A DNA stretch of 64,000 nt from Anthoceros angustus (GCA_010909165.1 VJWM01000019.1:868001-932000), one strand, 5' to 3'. Shown: positions 46,526-59,818, counted from the stretch's first letter. Notes: generated by a model from the letters alone, not told the origin. Translations and numbers: made by a program.

Positions 46526-49500
46526 TCATTGAAGTGTCTGCGGATTAGGAAGCACCTGGTCCAGCTTTATTTGGCCCCGGGGATGCTTCTCATCTCCCAC
46601 CAAGAAATTGTGAACCAGCCCATCCTTGTCTGTCCACCAGCTCTGACCAGGCTGCTTCCATGCCCTGACGTTTTTTCTCCTTGCCTGCATTTTCTGGGCC
46701 TCCTCCCACATCTGGGCACCTGTGTATATGGTTGACATCAACACATACGCTTCGGCATCTTTCTTGTCTAGCTTCACTGCTTGATCGAAAGCGAGACGTC
46801 CCACCTCCACGTTGCTCCACTTTCGACAAGCACCCAATAATGAGTGCCAGACTGCAGCATCAGGCAGCACAGGCATTGCTGTTGCTAGTCCTAGTGCCTC
46901 GTCCAGTTGCCCTGCCCGACCCAGGAGGTCCACCATGCATGTGAGGTGGAGTGCCGTCGGAGTGATACCATGGAGTCTGCTCATGGCCCGGAAGTACTCT
47001 TTCCCCTTGTCAACTAGACCCGCATGACTGCATACTCTTAACACACTAAGGAACGTGATGCCGATTGGCTGTATGCCATCTTCCTTCATTCTGTGAACCA
47101 AATCGAAGACCATATAACAGTTTCCTTGACAGGTGTAGCCTGCAATCAGTGAATTCCACACGACAGCGTCTCTTTCCTGCAATGAGTTAAACACCTGCTG
47201 TGCCTCAACTATACTACCAGACTTTCCGTACATGTTTATCAAACTCCCAGCTAGAAACACATCAGGTTGAAGCCCTCGTTCTTCTATCTCTGCATGTAGC
47301 TGCCTTCCGACATGCAAGGCTGCCACATTTGCACATGCCTGCAGGAGGCAGGCAAATGTAACGGCGTTGGGTACAGCCATGCCTTCTTCTTGCATAGCAC
47401 TGTAGAGACGAAGGGCTTCCTGCCCCATGCCCTGCTTGGAATATCCCGCAATTAGAGCAGTCCACGTCACAACATCTTTGTCACAAAGGCTTTGGAACAC
47501 TCTCTGAGCATCGTCCAAGCTGCCACACTGTGCATACATGTTGACCAAACTGTTAGCTACAAATATGTCAGCTTGATGTCCTCGTTCTCTAATTTGCGCA
47601 TGAAGCTCCTTCCCCTTCTCCAAAGCCGTTGTGCCCACACTTGCACAAGCTTGTAGAAGGCACATAAATGTCACGGAATCCGGTATTGCCATGGCCTCCT
47701 CTTGCATAGCACTGTAGAGATGAAGGGCTTCCTGACCCATGCCCTGCTGAGAATGGCCTCCTATCATGGCATTCCACGTCACTACATCTTTATGAGCTAG
47801 TCTGTCAAACACTAGCTGTGCATCTGCCAAGCTGCCACACTTTGCATACATGTTCACCAAGCTGTTGGCTACAACAACATCAGCTTGATATCCTCGTTCT
47901 TTAATTTGCACATGAAGCTGCTTCCCCATCTCCAAAGCTGGGGCACCTATACCAGCACATGCCTGTAGGAGGCATACAAATGTCACCGAATCAGGCACGG
48001 CAATGCCCTCGTCTTGCATAGCAGTGTAGAGACAGATGGCTTCCTGCCCCATGCACTGCTGGGAATATCCTGCAATTAGAGCAGTCCAGGTCACCACGTC
48101 CTTTTGAACGAGGCCATCAAACACTCTTTGAGCATCGTCCAAGCTGCCACACTTTGCGTACATGTTCACCAAACTGCTGGCTACAGACACGTCAGCTTGT
48201 CGTCCCTGCTCTCTAATCTGCGCATGAAGGTGCTTCCCCGCCTCCAAAGCTTGGTTGCCCACACTCGCACACGCTTGGAGGAGGCACACGAAAGTCACAG
48301 CATTGGGTACAGCTACACCTTCTTCTTGCATAGCAGTGTACAGACTAAGGGCTTCTGGCCCCATACCCTGCTGGGAGTACCCTGCCAACATAGCGTTCCA
48401 GGTGATCACACCTTTTTGGCCGAGTCCGTTGAACACTCTCCGTGCATCTTCCAAGCTGCCACACTTTGCATACATGTTCACCAAACTGCTGGCTACAACC
48501 ACATCGGTTTCATAGTCTCGCTCTCTAATTTGTGAGTGAAGCTGCTTTCCCTTCTCCAAAGCTCGGGTGCCCACACTTGAACATGCCTGCAGGAGGGACA
48601 CAAATGTCACAGAATCAGGTGAGGCCATGCCTTCATTTTGCATTGTACTGTAAAGACAAAGCGCTTCATGGCCCAAGCCCTGCTGAGAATACCCTGCTAT
48701 CAGGGCATTCCATGTCACCACGTCTTTTTGAACAAGTCCGTCAAAGACTGCCTGAGCGTCTTCCAGGCTGCCACACTGTGCATACATGTTGACCAAACTA
48801 CTAGCTATAAACACATCAGCTTGACGTCCTCGTTCTCTGATTTGTGAATGAAGCTGCTTACCCTTCTCCAATGCGCCAGTACCCACCCTTGCACATGCCT
48901 GAAGGAGGGACAAAAAGGTGATGGAATCGGGTACTACAATAGCCTCTTGTTGCATAACACTGTAGAGTTGAAGGGCTTGCTGGCCCATGCCTTGCTGGGA
49001 GTATCCTGCTATCATGACATTCCACGTCACCACGTCTTTGTGACCGAGTCTGTCAAACACGCTCTGAGCATCTCCCAAGCTGCCACACTTTGCATACATG
49101 TTTACCAAACTGTTGGCTACAACCACGTCAGCTTCATGCCCTCTTTCCCTAATTTGTGAATGAAACTGCTTTCCCTTCTCCAAAGCAGACGCACCCACAC
49201 TTGCACATGCCTGCAGGAGGCACACAAAAGTCACGGCATTGGGTGCAGCTATGCCTTCTGCTTGCATAGCACTGTAGAGACGAAGGGCATCTTGTCCCAT
49301 GCCCTGCTGGGAATACCCTGCAATCAGAGCAGTCCATGTCACGACCTCTTTTCGACTGAGTCCATCAAACACTCTCTGGGCATCTGCCAAGCTGCCACAC
49401 TTCGCATACATATTCACCAAACTGCTGGCTACAGACAAATCATCTTCACGTCCTCCTTCCATAATTTGCCCATGAAGCTGCCTTCCCTTCTCCAAAGCTC

Positions 49501-50578
49501 GGGTGCCCACACTCGCACATGCCTGCAGGAGGCACACAAAGGTCACAGAATCGGGTGCAGCAAGACCCTCCTCTTGCATAGCATCGTAGAGACCAAGAGC
49601 TTCCTGGCCCATGCTCTGCTGGGAATACCCTGCAATTAAAGCAGTCCACGTTACCACATTTTTCCTATCCAGTTCATCAAACACTCTCTGAGCATCTGCC
49701 AAGCTGCCACACTTGGCATACATGTTCACCAAGCAGTTACAGACAAACAAATCAGGCTCAACCCCACTGGCCAACACGTCAGCATGCACCTGCTGCCCAG
49801 ATTTCAGGTCCGATCCCCTCGCACACGCCTGAAGTGCTGCCACCAGTACATGTCCGTCCGGCGTCACACCCGACCTGCGCATCCGATGATACAGTTCTAT
49901 GGCACCATGTACTTCCCCCTCCTTAACATGCGCAGAAATGACCGCAGACCACGTGAAAGCATCCGGTTTGCTCACCATTCCAAACACATCCATCGCGTCT
50001 CGCAACCTGCCATGAGCAGCGTACATTCGCAAAATATGGTTGCCCAGGAACGTGTCCGACTGGTACCCCTTCCTCACCGTCAAAGCATGGACCCGGCGAC
50101 CCAAAACAAGATCCTTCGTCACCGCACATTCCTTCAGCACAATATAAAAAACAGACTTGGCAATACAACAGTCTCCCTGCACCAGCACCCCCAGGGCCTC
50201 AACGGCCTCACGCAGATGCCCCTCATTACACAGCTTGCTCACGGTGTGATCCGTTATGCCCCTATCATACCCTGCGGCCCTGCCTGGGTAGGGATCATCA
50301 GCCAACCTCCAGTCAGAAGCAGCCCGACCCATCTCCACATCCAAAGCAGCAACCCAAACTGCCTTGCAAAAGTGAACCTCCTGGGACTGCCTGTGCCCAA
50401 TGCAAGGCCACCGGAGACTCTTCTCGATGCAACATCCTTGCTTCCTTGAAGCCAGGCCAACAGGAGCTCTCCCTCGACTGCCAGTCAGCCCACCAGTTTG
50501 CTGGGTCCCCACAAACTGTCCCCACAACGGAACCTGTTGCCCTCTGCGTGCCTGAATTGCAACGCTCTCGACAGCCAT
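46526..50578 (-). CDS. PLS-class PPR protein (~33 motifs, E1-E2, WW-type PG box, truncated before the deaminase), putative organellar RNA-editing factor
   Basis: Intact, intron-less 1350-aa ORF. Transit-peptide-like N-terminus, 9 P1L1S1 triplets plus P2L2S2, then KQPGQSWWTDKDGLVHNFLVGDEKHP and a stop. Confidence 0.97.
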   Translation of the reverse strand: MAVESVAIQARRGQQVPLWGQFVGTQQTGGLTGSRGRAPVGLASRKQGCCIEKSLRWPCIGHRQSQEVHFCKAVWVAALDVEMGRAASDWRLADDPYPGRAAGYDRGITDHTVSKLCNEGHLREAVEALGVLVQGDCCIAKSVFYIVLKECAVTKDLVLGRRVHALTVRKGYQSDTFLGNHILRMYAAHGRLRDAMDVFGMVSKPDAFTWSAVISAHVKEGEVHGAIELYHRMRRSGVTPDGHVLVAALQACARGSDLKSGQQVHADVLASGVEPDLFVCNCLVNMYAKCGSLADAQRVFDELDRKNVVTWTALIAGYSQQSMGQEALGLYDAMQEEGLAAPDSVTFVCLLQACASVGTRALEKGRQLHGQIMEGGREDDLSVASSLVNMYAKCGSLADAQRVFDGLSRKEVVTWTALIAGYSQQGMGQDALRLYSAMQAEGIAAPNAVTFVCLLQACASVGASALEKGKQFHSQIRERGHEADVVVANSLVNMYAKCGSLGDAQSVFDRLGHKDVVTWNVMIAGYSQQGMGQQALQLYSVMQQEAIVVPDSITFLSLLQACARVGTGALEKGKQLHSQIRERGRQADVFIASSLVNMYAQCGSLEDAQAVFDGLVQKDVVTWNALIAGYSQQGLGHEALCLYSTMQNEGMASPDSVTFVSLLQACSSVGTRALEKGKQLHSQIRERDYETDVVVASSLVNMYAKCGSLEDARRVFNGLGQKGVITWNAMLAGYSQQGMGPEALSLYTAMQEEGVAVPNAVTFVCLLQACASVGNQALEAGKHLHAQIREQGRQADVSVASSLVNMYAKCGSLDDAQRVFDGLVQKDVVTWTALIAGYSQQCMGQEAICLYTAMQDEGIAVPDSVTFVCLLQACAGIGAPALEMGKQLHVQIKERGYQADVVVANSLVNMYAKCGSLADAQLVFDRLAHKDVVTWNAMIGGHSQQGMGQEALHLYSAMQEEAMAIPDSVTFMCLLQACASVGTTALEKGKELHAQIRERGHQADIFVANSLVNMYAQCGSLDDAQRVFQSLCDKDVVTWTALIAGYSKQGMGQEALRLYSAMQEEGMAVPNAVTFACLLQACANVAALHVGRQLHAEIEERGLQPDVFLAGSLINMYGKSGSIVEAQQVFNSLQERDAVVWNSLIAGYTCQGNCYMVFDLVHRMKEDGIQPIGITFLSVLRVCSHAGLVDKGKEYFRAMSRLHGITPTALHLTCMVDLLGRAGQLDEALGLATAMPVLPDAAVWHSLLGACRKWSNVEVGRLAFDQAVKLDKKDAEAYVLMSTIYTGAQMWEEAQKMQARRKNVRAWKQPGQSWWTDKDGLVHNFLVGDEKHPRGQIKLDQVLPNPQTLQ

Positions 50579-51375
50579 GGCTGCAAGGAGCTACCTGGGA
50601 TGGCAACTAGCCTACAAGATACACATGCTGTACGATCACATTATTCAGGCACTGGTGATGGATTATCATGCGATTAGCAGAGCTATGACCGAGTCCATCA
50701 ATTCCACTGAATTGGAGTCATCGGACACGGTTTTCAATGAGAATCTGTCGTCACTCTCAACAGCTACACACTTGTGAGAGACATCATGCAAGTATGACAT
50801 AGCTTAAACAAAACGTCTCCGTCAGCACGGAACATGCATCTCAAACTCAAACAAGGGACGATCCAAAATCGAGACGACGGTATCGCTTGCGGTAATACGA
50901 TAAATTACTGGGTTTTGTTTGGAAGGCGAGAGAGTCTAGAGAATTCTTCACCAGGCGTCTCAGCTTGCTTTGCATTTCATTGGGTGGAAAGTTGTAGAAA
51001 CGGAAGTCTCCAGAAGGCACGTCTGAACTCCATTACACCCACACTCGCTTCCAGCGCAAGCGTTTCGCATCGTGCGCGCTCGGAGGCCAGCCTGCCAGTC
51101 TCACGCTGAGCGACCTCTGTCTCGTGCATTGATCCGCCTGCGTGGCCGCCACCTTTTCTGGTACGTTGCTGCGTCGTGCCCACCTGCCCTTTGCAGCTGA
51201 AGCTTTGGGCAGTTGGTTGCAGACGGTTCTTTCCCGCTCCCAGCGCATCTGAAGGCCGCCGCGGCGGGCACTCGATTCTCTCCGTCGCCTGCTGCTGAGA
51301 AGCCGGCTCTTTTTTGGTCTTGTGCAGAGCCTACCGTGTTGCTGCTGCAGGGGGGCTGCTTTCGGTGGTGTTGCC

Positions 51376-54374
51376 ATGGAGGATTTCGAGCTTCCCGAGG
51401 CTGAGGACCTCGGAGAAGAGGATTTCGGAGGGGACAAGGGTTATGGGGATGGAGCCACCTCGGCTGGGCCGCAGAAGGTCGGTGAGGAGCGGGAAATCGT
51501 CAAGGGACGTGTCAAGAAGCTCGTGCAGAAGGAGGGAACTGGATGGGAGACTCCTGATGCCGGGGATGAGGTGACAGGTGAGGGAGTGGTGCGAGTTGCG
51601 TGAATTTTGGTTACTGGCGTTGGCTCTGACACTGGCACTGCGGCCTGCTGTGGTGCTCCAGTGCATTACACCGGAACGCTGCTGGACGGAACCAAGTTCG
51701 ACAGCAGCCGGGATCGAGGGACTCCTTTCACGTTCAAGCTTGGCCAAGGTACGGGTTTTGCTCTTTCGCTGGAGTATGTGGTGTCTTGGGGCTCGGCACT
51801 GAGGCGTGAGCGTGGGAGCAGGTGAGGTCATTCGGGGATGGGACGAGGGTGTGGCAACCATGAAGAAAGGAGAAGTTTCGGTGTTGACTATTGAACCTGA
51901 GTATGCGTACGGAGAGACCGGATCGCCTCCCACAATTCCTCCTAACGCCACTCTGAAGTTCGAAGTTGAGCTGCTGTCGTGGAGCAGCGTGAAAGATATC
52001 TGCAAGGATGGCGGCGTGCTCAAGAAGGTTCTCAAGGAGGGTGAAAAGTGGGAAACGCCAAAGGGAGAAGACGAGGTGACTGGTAGGTTGTCACCTCTTA
52101 AAGTGTGTCCTAGCGTTTTTGACATAAACCCGTGCTCCAGGTTTCCTGTAGTGCCGTTCGGTACCTGATACTATGTGTACCCAAATGCAGTGCGATTTGA
52201 GGCTAGGCTTGCAGACGGCAGTGTTGTGGAGAAAACCCCTGAGGAGGGTGTCGAGTATGTCTTGAGTCAGGGTAAGTATATCGTGCCACCCTGGAGTGCC
52301 TACGCAATGGCATGTTGTGAAATAGTTGGTTTCCCCGCGAAATTGCAGTTTTGCTTAGCTTGGTGCTGCAATGATCCATGGCAGGTTATTTCTGCAATGC
52401 CATCAGCGCAGCAGTAACAACCATGAAGAAGGCTGAAGTTGTGGCACTAACAGTTAAACCTTCATGTAAGTATCGCTATGTTTTCCCGATGGTGTGTTTT
52501 GTTCTTTTGATGACCAGCAATTGATGTAATGCGCTTTCTTCCAGATGGTTTTGGTGACAAGGGAAGGCCAGCACAAAATGGTCTGGCAGCTGTACCACCT
52601 AATGCATCATTAACTATTGATCTTGAGCTTCTTTCTTGGAAATCCGTTGAGTCTGTGACGGATGATAAGAAAGTAACGAAGAAGATTTTGAAGCCAGGAG
52701 AAGGCTATGAGAAGCCAAACGATGGATCCGTTGTGCAAGGTCGGTCTACGTGGGATATGTGATTCAGATGGAGAGATTATTTTGAATGCAGCTTCTGTCT
52801 CGATGCTTGCCGGGTTTTGGATTTGAGCTGTAACAGGCTTTGGTCGTCTTGTGCAGTTAAGTACGTTGCAAGATTGATTGATGGGACCATATTTGAAAAG
52901 AAAGGGCATGATGATCAGCTTCTTGAGTTTGTGACGGACGAAGGTATAGGGGAGCATCTCAGTCTCCACCTCAGAAGTCCAGCCTGTGTTCCTTTTCGTT
53001 ACGAGTGACTAATTCTGAAGCGGTGCATCACAGAGCAAGTGATTACGGGTTTGGATAGGGGAGTTGGCACCATGAAGAAGGGCGAGACAGCACTGCTGAC
53101 TATCCACCCAGAGTATGCTTTTGGGGATGTGGAGGTGAAAAAGGATCTGGCTACTGTGCCCGCTGGGTCCACTGTGGTGTATGAAGTTGAGTTAGTATCT
53201 TTCACGAAGGTGAGTTGCTTATTTCCTCTCCTTATGCGATGGGTCCGCTTCAGTAAACTGGTGAATTCATGGTGACTTTTCACGAAGGTGAGCTGCTTTT
53301 TCTCTCTCCTCCTGACACTGGTGGTTCCTCTTCCTCTTCTGCAGGAGAAGGAGGTATGGGATTTGGACACCGCCGAAAAGCTGGTGTATGCTGCAAAGAA
53401 GAAGGAAGATGGGAATGTTTTATTTAAAGCTGGGAAGTACTGGAGAGCGGCGAAGAAGTATGAGAAGGTGAATTTCTTGGTCTGCCCGTTCGTCTGGAGT
53501 TGTGAAAAGTGTGGTGGAACACCACACCTGGTGAAGCTGTGGAATCTAAGGTGGACTACACTGGTTCATGTGCAGGCTGTGAAATACCTTGAATATGACA
53601 CCTCATTTAATGATGAACAAAAGAAAACATCCAAGGCTCTGAAAGTTACCTCCTACGTGAACAATACGGCCTGCAAATTGAAGCTTAAGGATTTTTCAGA
53701 GGCCGTGAAACTGGCCACCAAGGTAAGTTCTGTCCCACCCGACGGCTACCGTTTTGATTAGGGCGGTCCTCCTTGCGTTGATTTCTTCAAGCTGACCCGT
53801 GTTTCTCGGTGGATCTAGGCTTTAGCGTTGGAATCCTCAAATGTGAAGGCACTCTTCAGACGAGCCCAAGGGTACATAGAGACGGCAGATTATGATTTGG
53901 CTGAATGGGACATAAAGAAGGCATTGGAAATTGAGCCAAATTCCAGGTCTTACCAGTTCCTGAGCCTGCCTGTGTACCATGAGTTTTTTGCTTGATCGAG
54001 CTTGGGGTTCTTGGAAAGCTATCTCACAAAGCAAGCTGGCAACTGCAGAGAGATTCGTGCGCTCTTGAAGTCGGTGAAGCAGAAACAAATCGAACAGAAC
54101 AAGAAAGAGGCAAAACTGTATGGCAATATGTTTGCTCGGTTGAGCAAGCTTGAAGCGAAGGAGGTCAAGGTACCAAGCGAACACCCTGCCTCCTGATCTC
54201 GTGCGATGCCCTGAGCTGGCTGGTCGTACTGTTGCCCTTCCTATTTTAAAACTTTGGTATGGTCTTTGCGGACAGAGTGAAGGCGGGGAGCCTATGGAGG
54301 TGGACAAGGGAAACGGGAATATCACTGAGGTCAGAGCTGAGGAGGGTGAGGCCATGGCGGTGGACAAAGATTAG
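51376..54374 (+). CDS. FKBP62: Multi-domain FKBP-type peptidyl-prolyl isomerase (3 FKBP domains + TPR), FKBP62/65 (ROF1/ROF2)-like, multi-exon
   Basis: [101 protein letters not shown] introns. Confidence 0.95.
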
Positions 54375-54922
54375 GTGCTGTGGACGGGTCGCATTGTAGA
54401 GACACCACTGATTAGGTTTAGGTGAGGCACGTTAGGTCATAATACTGGGATTCCAAGCGCCCTGGTTCGATTGATGACGGAAAACAATTTGTAAAATGGA
54501 GAGCAGCAGGAGGGGCTGTGTGCCCATGTTGTGTGGCAGAACCATTTCCTTTTGACATGTGCACCCTCTGTCATACCAGGCTTACCTGGTTTCGGGCTGT
54601 CACCCGACTTGTGGAACTTTTCTCGGCTATCAGCTTGTCTCAGATCGAAAACTGCCAGGCTGCTGTCCGTTATGGCGAAGAAAGAAGTCTTCAGGTCAAA
54701 AATTTGTAATATAGGTCCACATATATAGGTCTATAAAAAGGATGAACCAATATTCTCGCTAACAATCGGAAGCGATTCACAGTTTGGCTATATATGAGTG
54801 TAACGCAGAAAGGCTGGTTAGGTTTCGCGCAACGTTTAGGGCACAGGAGTAAATTGCTCTCTCCTTTTGAGCAGCAGAACAGGTTGCAAACGCTGTCGGC
54901 GACTCGTTTGCCTTGAGTAGCA

Positions 54923-55757
54923 ATGGTGCATGTGGCGTTCTACCGCAACTATGGCAAGACGTTTAAAAAGCCGCGTCGACCTTTTGAGAAGGAGCGGTTG
55001 GATTCGGAACTGAAGCTGGTGGGCGAGTATGGCCTGCGGAACAAGCGTGAGTTATGGCGGGTTCAGTACGCCTTGAACCGCATCCGCAACAATGCCCGGA
55101 TGTTGCTCACCTTGGATGAGAAGAACACTCGTCGTATCTTCGAGGGCGAGGCCCTGCTCCGTCGGATGAACAGGTGTGTCTCAGCTGGAATAACCAATTG
55201 TCTGCAGGTTGTGCTTGTGTGGGACTGTGTCGGAGAATTGCTGTGAAGAAGCTCAGCCTAGCGACTAGGGCAATTGAGAAATCGGCTGTGGCCCTAGAAA
55301 TTAGGGCAGGGTTACCTTGGCCTGCTTGACGATGGATTGCAGGGAGAGCCTGCAACTTGAATTTTTCCCCTTGAATTCAGTCTGCTGGTAGCTCATTTTT
55401 GGTCCTTGCAGGTACGGTCTGCTGGACGAGGGCCAAAACAAGCTCGACTATGTCTTAGCTCTGACCCCCGAGAACTTCCTGGAGCGTCGTCTGCAGACTT
55501 TGGTGTTCAAGTCTGGCATGGCCAAGTCCATCCACCACGCCCGTGTGCTGATCAAGCAGAGGCACATCAGAGTGGGCAAGCAGATTGTGGACGTGGCTTC
55601 CTTTCTGGTGCGGGTCGACTCCCAGAAGCACATCGACTTTGCCCTTTCCAGTCCTCTCGGTGGCGGCCGCCCTGGACGCGTGAGGAGGAAGAACATGAAG
55701 GCAGCGTCCAAGAAGGCAGCTGGTGGCGATGGTGACGAAGAGGAAGATGATGAATAG
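54923..55757 (+). CDS. RPS9: 40S ribosomal protein S9 (uS4), exons 54923-55173 and 55412-55757
   Basis: [27 protein letters not shown]...; [24 protein letters not shown]...GGGRPGRV; one GT-AG intron. Confidence 0.98.
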
Positions 55758-56951
55758 AGTAGCTATTCCAATTAGGGTTGCGGGAACTCATTTCTAGGGT
55801 ACCTAATCCATTGTGCACGGTGCCGAAGTCCCTCTTTTTGGGACATTTCGTGGAGCTCTTCCTCGGGAGGAAGTGGAATTCTTTGTCCATACCTTGTCCT
55901 ATTCCATATTTTTTCCATCGGCTCAGTCCTTGCATCAATCGGAAGGGCAACTTGTCCCTGCATGTGCTCCTGCGAAAGCATGACTTCTTTTCCCGATTCT
56001 GGTGGCTCCTCCAAGCCATGCACGTTTGAGCATCTCCGCATTCCTTTTCATTACATCAATGTTGTAGACTCCCCAAGACAGTGCAGATTGCGGGTCCCAA
56101 GCCAGCTGAGCTCAAATGCTTCCAAACACGGGCAATAATGCTCCGCGGTAGGGCCCACCGGTGACGTGCTTGACACCACGTAGATTACTCTACTTGTGAT
56201 AAATGCTGAAGGCCACCGACTGGCTCTAGAAAGCAGTCGCAGATCCTAGCTTGTGGGCAGCGTGGGCTCGTTAGCTTCCTTCCTCACGGCTGCACCCAGA
56301 CCTGATCTACGCCGTACGCTGAGCACGAGCTGGAACTCGAACAGTTTCATACTCTGTTGGCCGAGCTGGATGCCATACGAACAGGACTCGGCGTCCGCCC
56401 ACGTTGTGTTTTATCATTCTTCCATAAACTCTCCCCGGTAGTTGCCTGCACATAATAAACTTCAGAAGGATTCCAGCGAGATGTTGCTTGGTCGCTTGGT
56501 CTCGGCTCAGCTGGCCCTGCTTCCAATTCCCTTCCTCACCCTCTCCCACATACAACACAAATTTCCGGTCAGTGGGTTTTGGAAGTACTGTTTGACCGCC
56601 GGGATGGGAACATTGCAATCTGTACGACCCCTCCTCGCATTTGGCAGCGCGAGGAAAGCAAGGCCATGATCACATGTGCGTAATTCGGAAGCTCCTGGAA
56701 GCTCGATAGTGGATAGTCACTGCCGGCCCGCGCACTACAACTGCCCGATCTCTGCAGGCTTCTCCTCGAACTCTTCCACTGCTTCCACAGGCAGAGCTCA
56801 CAGAAAACGTTTCGTGGCCTCACAATTCGTGAAAGGGCTTCCACAAGCCTGCCGGCGCCATCCAGACTCCAGACTCCACATCACTGCCACCGAGCGCGAA
56901 CCGAGTTCCAACTTCCAACACACCAGCTTCCACGCCACCGATACAGGATAC

Positions 56952-59818
56952 ATGGCGAGGGAAATGGCAGTGCAACCCATGGTTACGCTTGCAATCGCTT
57001 GCGTCGTCGTGGTCGTTTGCCACGCTTTACAAGCGTCTGCCAACATCACGTATGGAGACGAGGGCCCGTACAAGGTGGACAAGGGGCGCAAGGGATCGGA
57101 ACCCATCACCCACTACTTCGACTGGAAGGTTAGTGCGTACTCCAGATCTGGATCATTCCAAAACTCCTCCTGGACAGCCATCGGATGCGATGGTCTTGAA
57201 ACGTGTTTGAATCTCGAGCTCACCAGCTCGCCTGATGAATTCATGTGAGACTTGTCATGAGAAGGATATCTGGCAATGAATCTCATGAATTCAAGTGGTG
57301 CATGCCTGCCAACAGGTGCAGTACGTGAATGTGACTCGGCTATGTCTTACAAAGCCGCTCGTCACCATCAACGGCCAATTCCTGGCCCTCCGTCTACATT
57401 AGAGAGGACGACAGAGTTGTCATCAAAGTGACCAACGAGGTTTCGTACAACGTCACGCTCCACTGGTACTGGGCCTTCCTCGCCACCTTTCTTAAATGCA
57501 ACGCATTTGGAGTTCAGTTCAGGGAATCGTTCCTGAATTGAACTCCAAGAACTCCAGGAACTTCAATGCAGGACTTGCATTCCTGGCACGATCGTTTGAG
57601 GGCCAATCTTGGCGGCTGAGGCTGATTGTGCGCAAATTCGTGTATCACTGCAGGCACGGATTAAGGCAGGTGCTACAGAACTGGCAAGATGGTCCTGCAT
57701 ACATCACGCAGTGCCCGATCCAGACAGGAAATTCCTTCACTTACGACTTCGTCGTGGACAACAGTCAGCGGGGAACCGTGTGGTGAGTGCCACAACCGTT
57801 TTGTCATCCACGACCATTTTGTCGACTCTAGCAGCTGGAATGCTTTGCTTAGATCTACTGGTATCGTGTGAACGTATGTGCATAGCTACTAGATAGGTCA
57901 TTTGCAATCTTAGCTTGCAAGGCTTGACGAATTTTTATTGCCTCTTTCCCGGAAAAGCTTACGTCGGCACGCGTCCTACTTTGGATTAGGAAATTCTTGT
58001 TGAAGATTCGTCTGGGTTTGTGTGCCGACATTCAGATGTTGAGCAGCAAATTGATGTGGAATTCGTCTGCAGGTACCACGCTCACATCACATGGCTACGA
58101 GCTAGCCTGTACGGAGCCTTCATCGTCCTCCCAAGAAGGGGTTCCCTACCCATTTCCCAAACCCGCTGGGGAGCAAGTTATCCTATTCGGTAGGCTCATG
58201 GCTTCCGTCCATCGCCACTTGCAGGATGCAAATTCTGTTCCCTCGAGCTCGAGACTCATGTAGATTGGTCTTTCCCCTGGCAGGAGAATGGTGGAACACG
58301 AACTATGAAGACGTGGAAACTGCAGCCATCAGAGGAGGAGCTGGTTACAACATCTCAGATGCCCTCTTGTTGAACAGCCAGCCCGGCGGTCTCTACAACT
58401 GCTCGTCTCAGGGTACGTATCAAACTCTATTGATGGATTCAAGTTTCTTGGAACACATCCGGGCTGTCCACTGAAGGAGGTTGTCGTTGTGGTGCATCAT
58501 GATGGCAGAAACCACGGTTGTGCAAGTGGAGTACGGAAAGACATACCTGCTCCGACTGATCAACTCCGGGATGAACTTCGAGCAATACTTCAGCATCTAC
58601 AACCATGACCTGACGGTGGTAGAAGCCGACGGCGAGTACACCAAGCAGCTGAAAAGGTCCGTGGTGCTGTTGACACCAGGCCAGTCCATGAACGTGCTAG
58701 TGAAAGCCGATAAGGCAGGAGGAGGAAGGTTCTACATTGCGACCAGCGTGTGGTCCCCGGCTCCAACGACAAGCGTCCCCTTTCCCACCGTATCGGCCAC
58801 AGCCATTCTGGAGTACGTGAAGCCCCAGACCGATCCGAGAAAGGTGTTGGCTTCCCAGCTGCCCGCCTTCCCTGAGCACAACGACAGCGCGTGGGCCTTG
58901 GACTTCGACGACAAGATCAGAGCCTTGGCCAGCAAAGAGTTCCCCATCACCGTGCCCAAGAACATCAGCCCAGGAAAGACCTGCTGTTCACGGTGGGATA
59001 CAACCTGCAATTTTGCAATGCCACGGACGGATGTGGGCTCCGGAACGGCACTGCCAAGCTGGTCACCAGCATTAACAACATCACATTCGTGGAGCCCAAG
59101 AGGTCCATTCTTGAGGTACAATGAAGCTTCTTCGATCATTCTTCGAATTTCGTTACCTTTGCAAGGAATCGCTCTCAGACTGATTGATGTGGTACTGCTG
59201 CGATGGACAACAGGCCTACTTCGACCACACAAACAACATCTACTCACCGGACTTCCCCGATGACCCGGCCTTCTTCTACAACTTCACAGGAACCGTTATC
59301 CCCGCCAACACGCAAGGGCTGAGGGGGACCAGGCTGAACGTTATCCCATTCGGGTCTGAGGTGCAGCTGGTATTTCAGAACACTAATTTGGTTTTCTTTG
59401 AGAGCCATCCTTTCCATTTGCACGGCTTCAGCTTCTACATCGTGGGCTCTGGATTTGGTACCTTCAATGCCACGGAGGACCCCAAATATTTCAACCTCCA
59501 CGACCCACCTCTCCGCAACACGGCTGCCGTCCCTGCTGGGGATGGACTGCCATTCGATGGAAAGCAGACAACCCCGGTACAAATTTATCCAACACTCGCA
59601 TCAATTTGACCCTGTGCCTGCCCTTCACCTTTTCATATCACGTGTGCATTTTGGCTTATAACCTCATTGTTTGTGTAACTACTGCAGGTGTTTGGTTCAT
59701 GCACTGCCATCTGGAGATCCACACCTCGTGGGGCATGGCTATGGGCTTCATCGTGCAGAATGGACATGGGCCTCTCGAGACTCTGCCTCCTCCCCCGCCT
59801 GGCATGCCCAAGTGCTGA
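56952..59818 (+). CDS. LAC: Laccase (multicopper oxidase), multi-exon, with a few apparent homopolymer frameshifts
   Basis: Signal peptide, TLHW|[18 protein letters not shown]|[35 protein letters not shown]. Confidence 0.93.

Noticed and set aside
48104-50449. Plus-strand ORFs opposite the PPR gene, and minus-strand ORFs opposite FKBP/RPS9/laccase
   Set aside because: Antisense shadows of real coding sequence.
57370-59545. Laccase as a pseudogene because of frameshifts
   Set aside because: Most shifts fall in C/G homopolymers while all copper motifs and splice sites are intact, so sequencing error is more likely.
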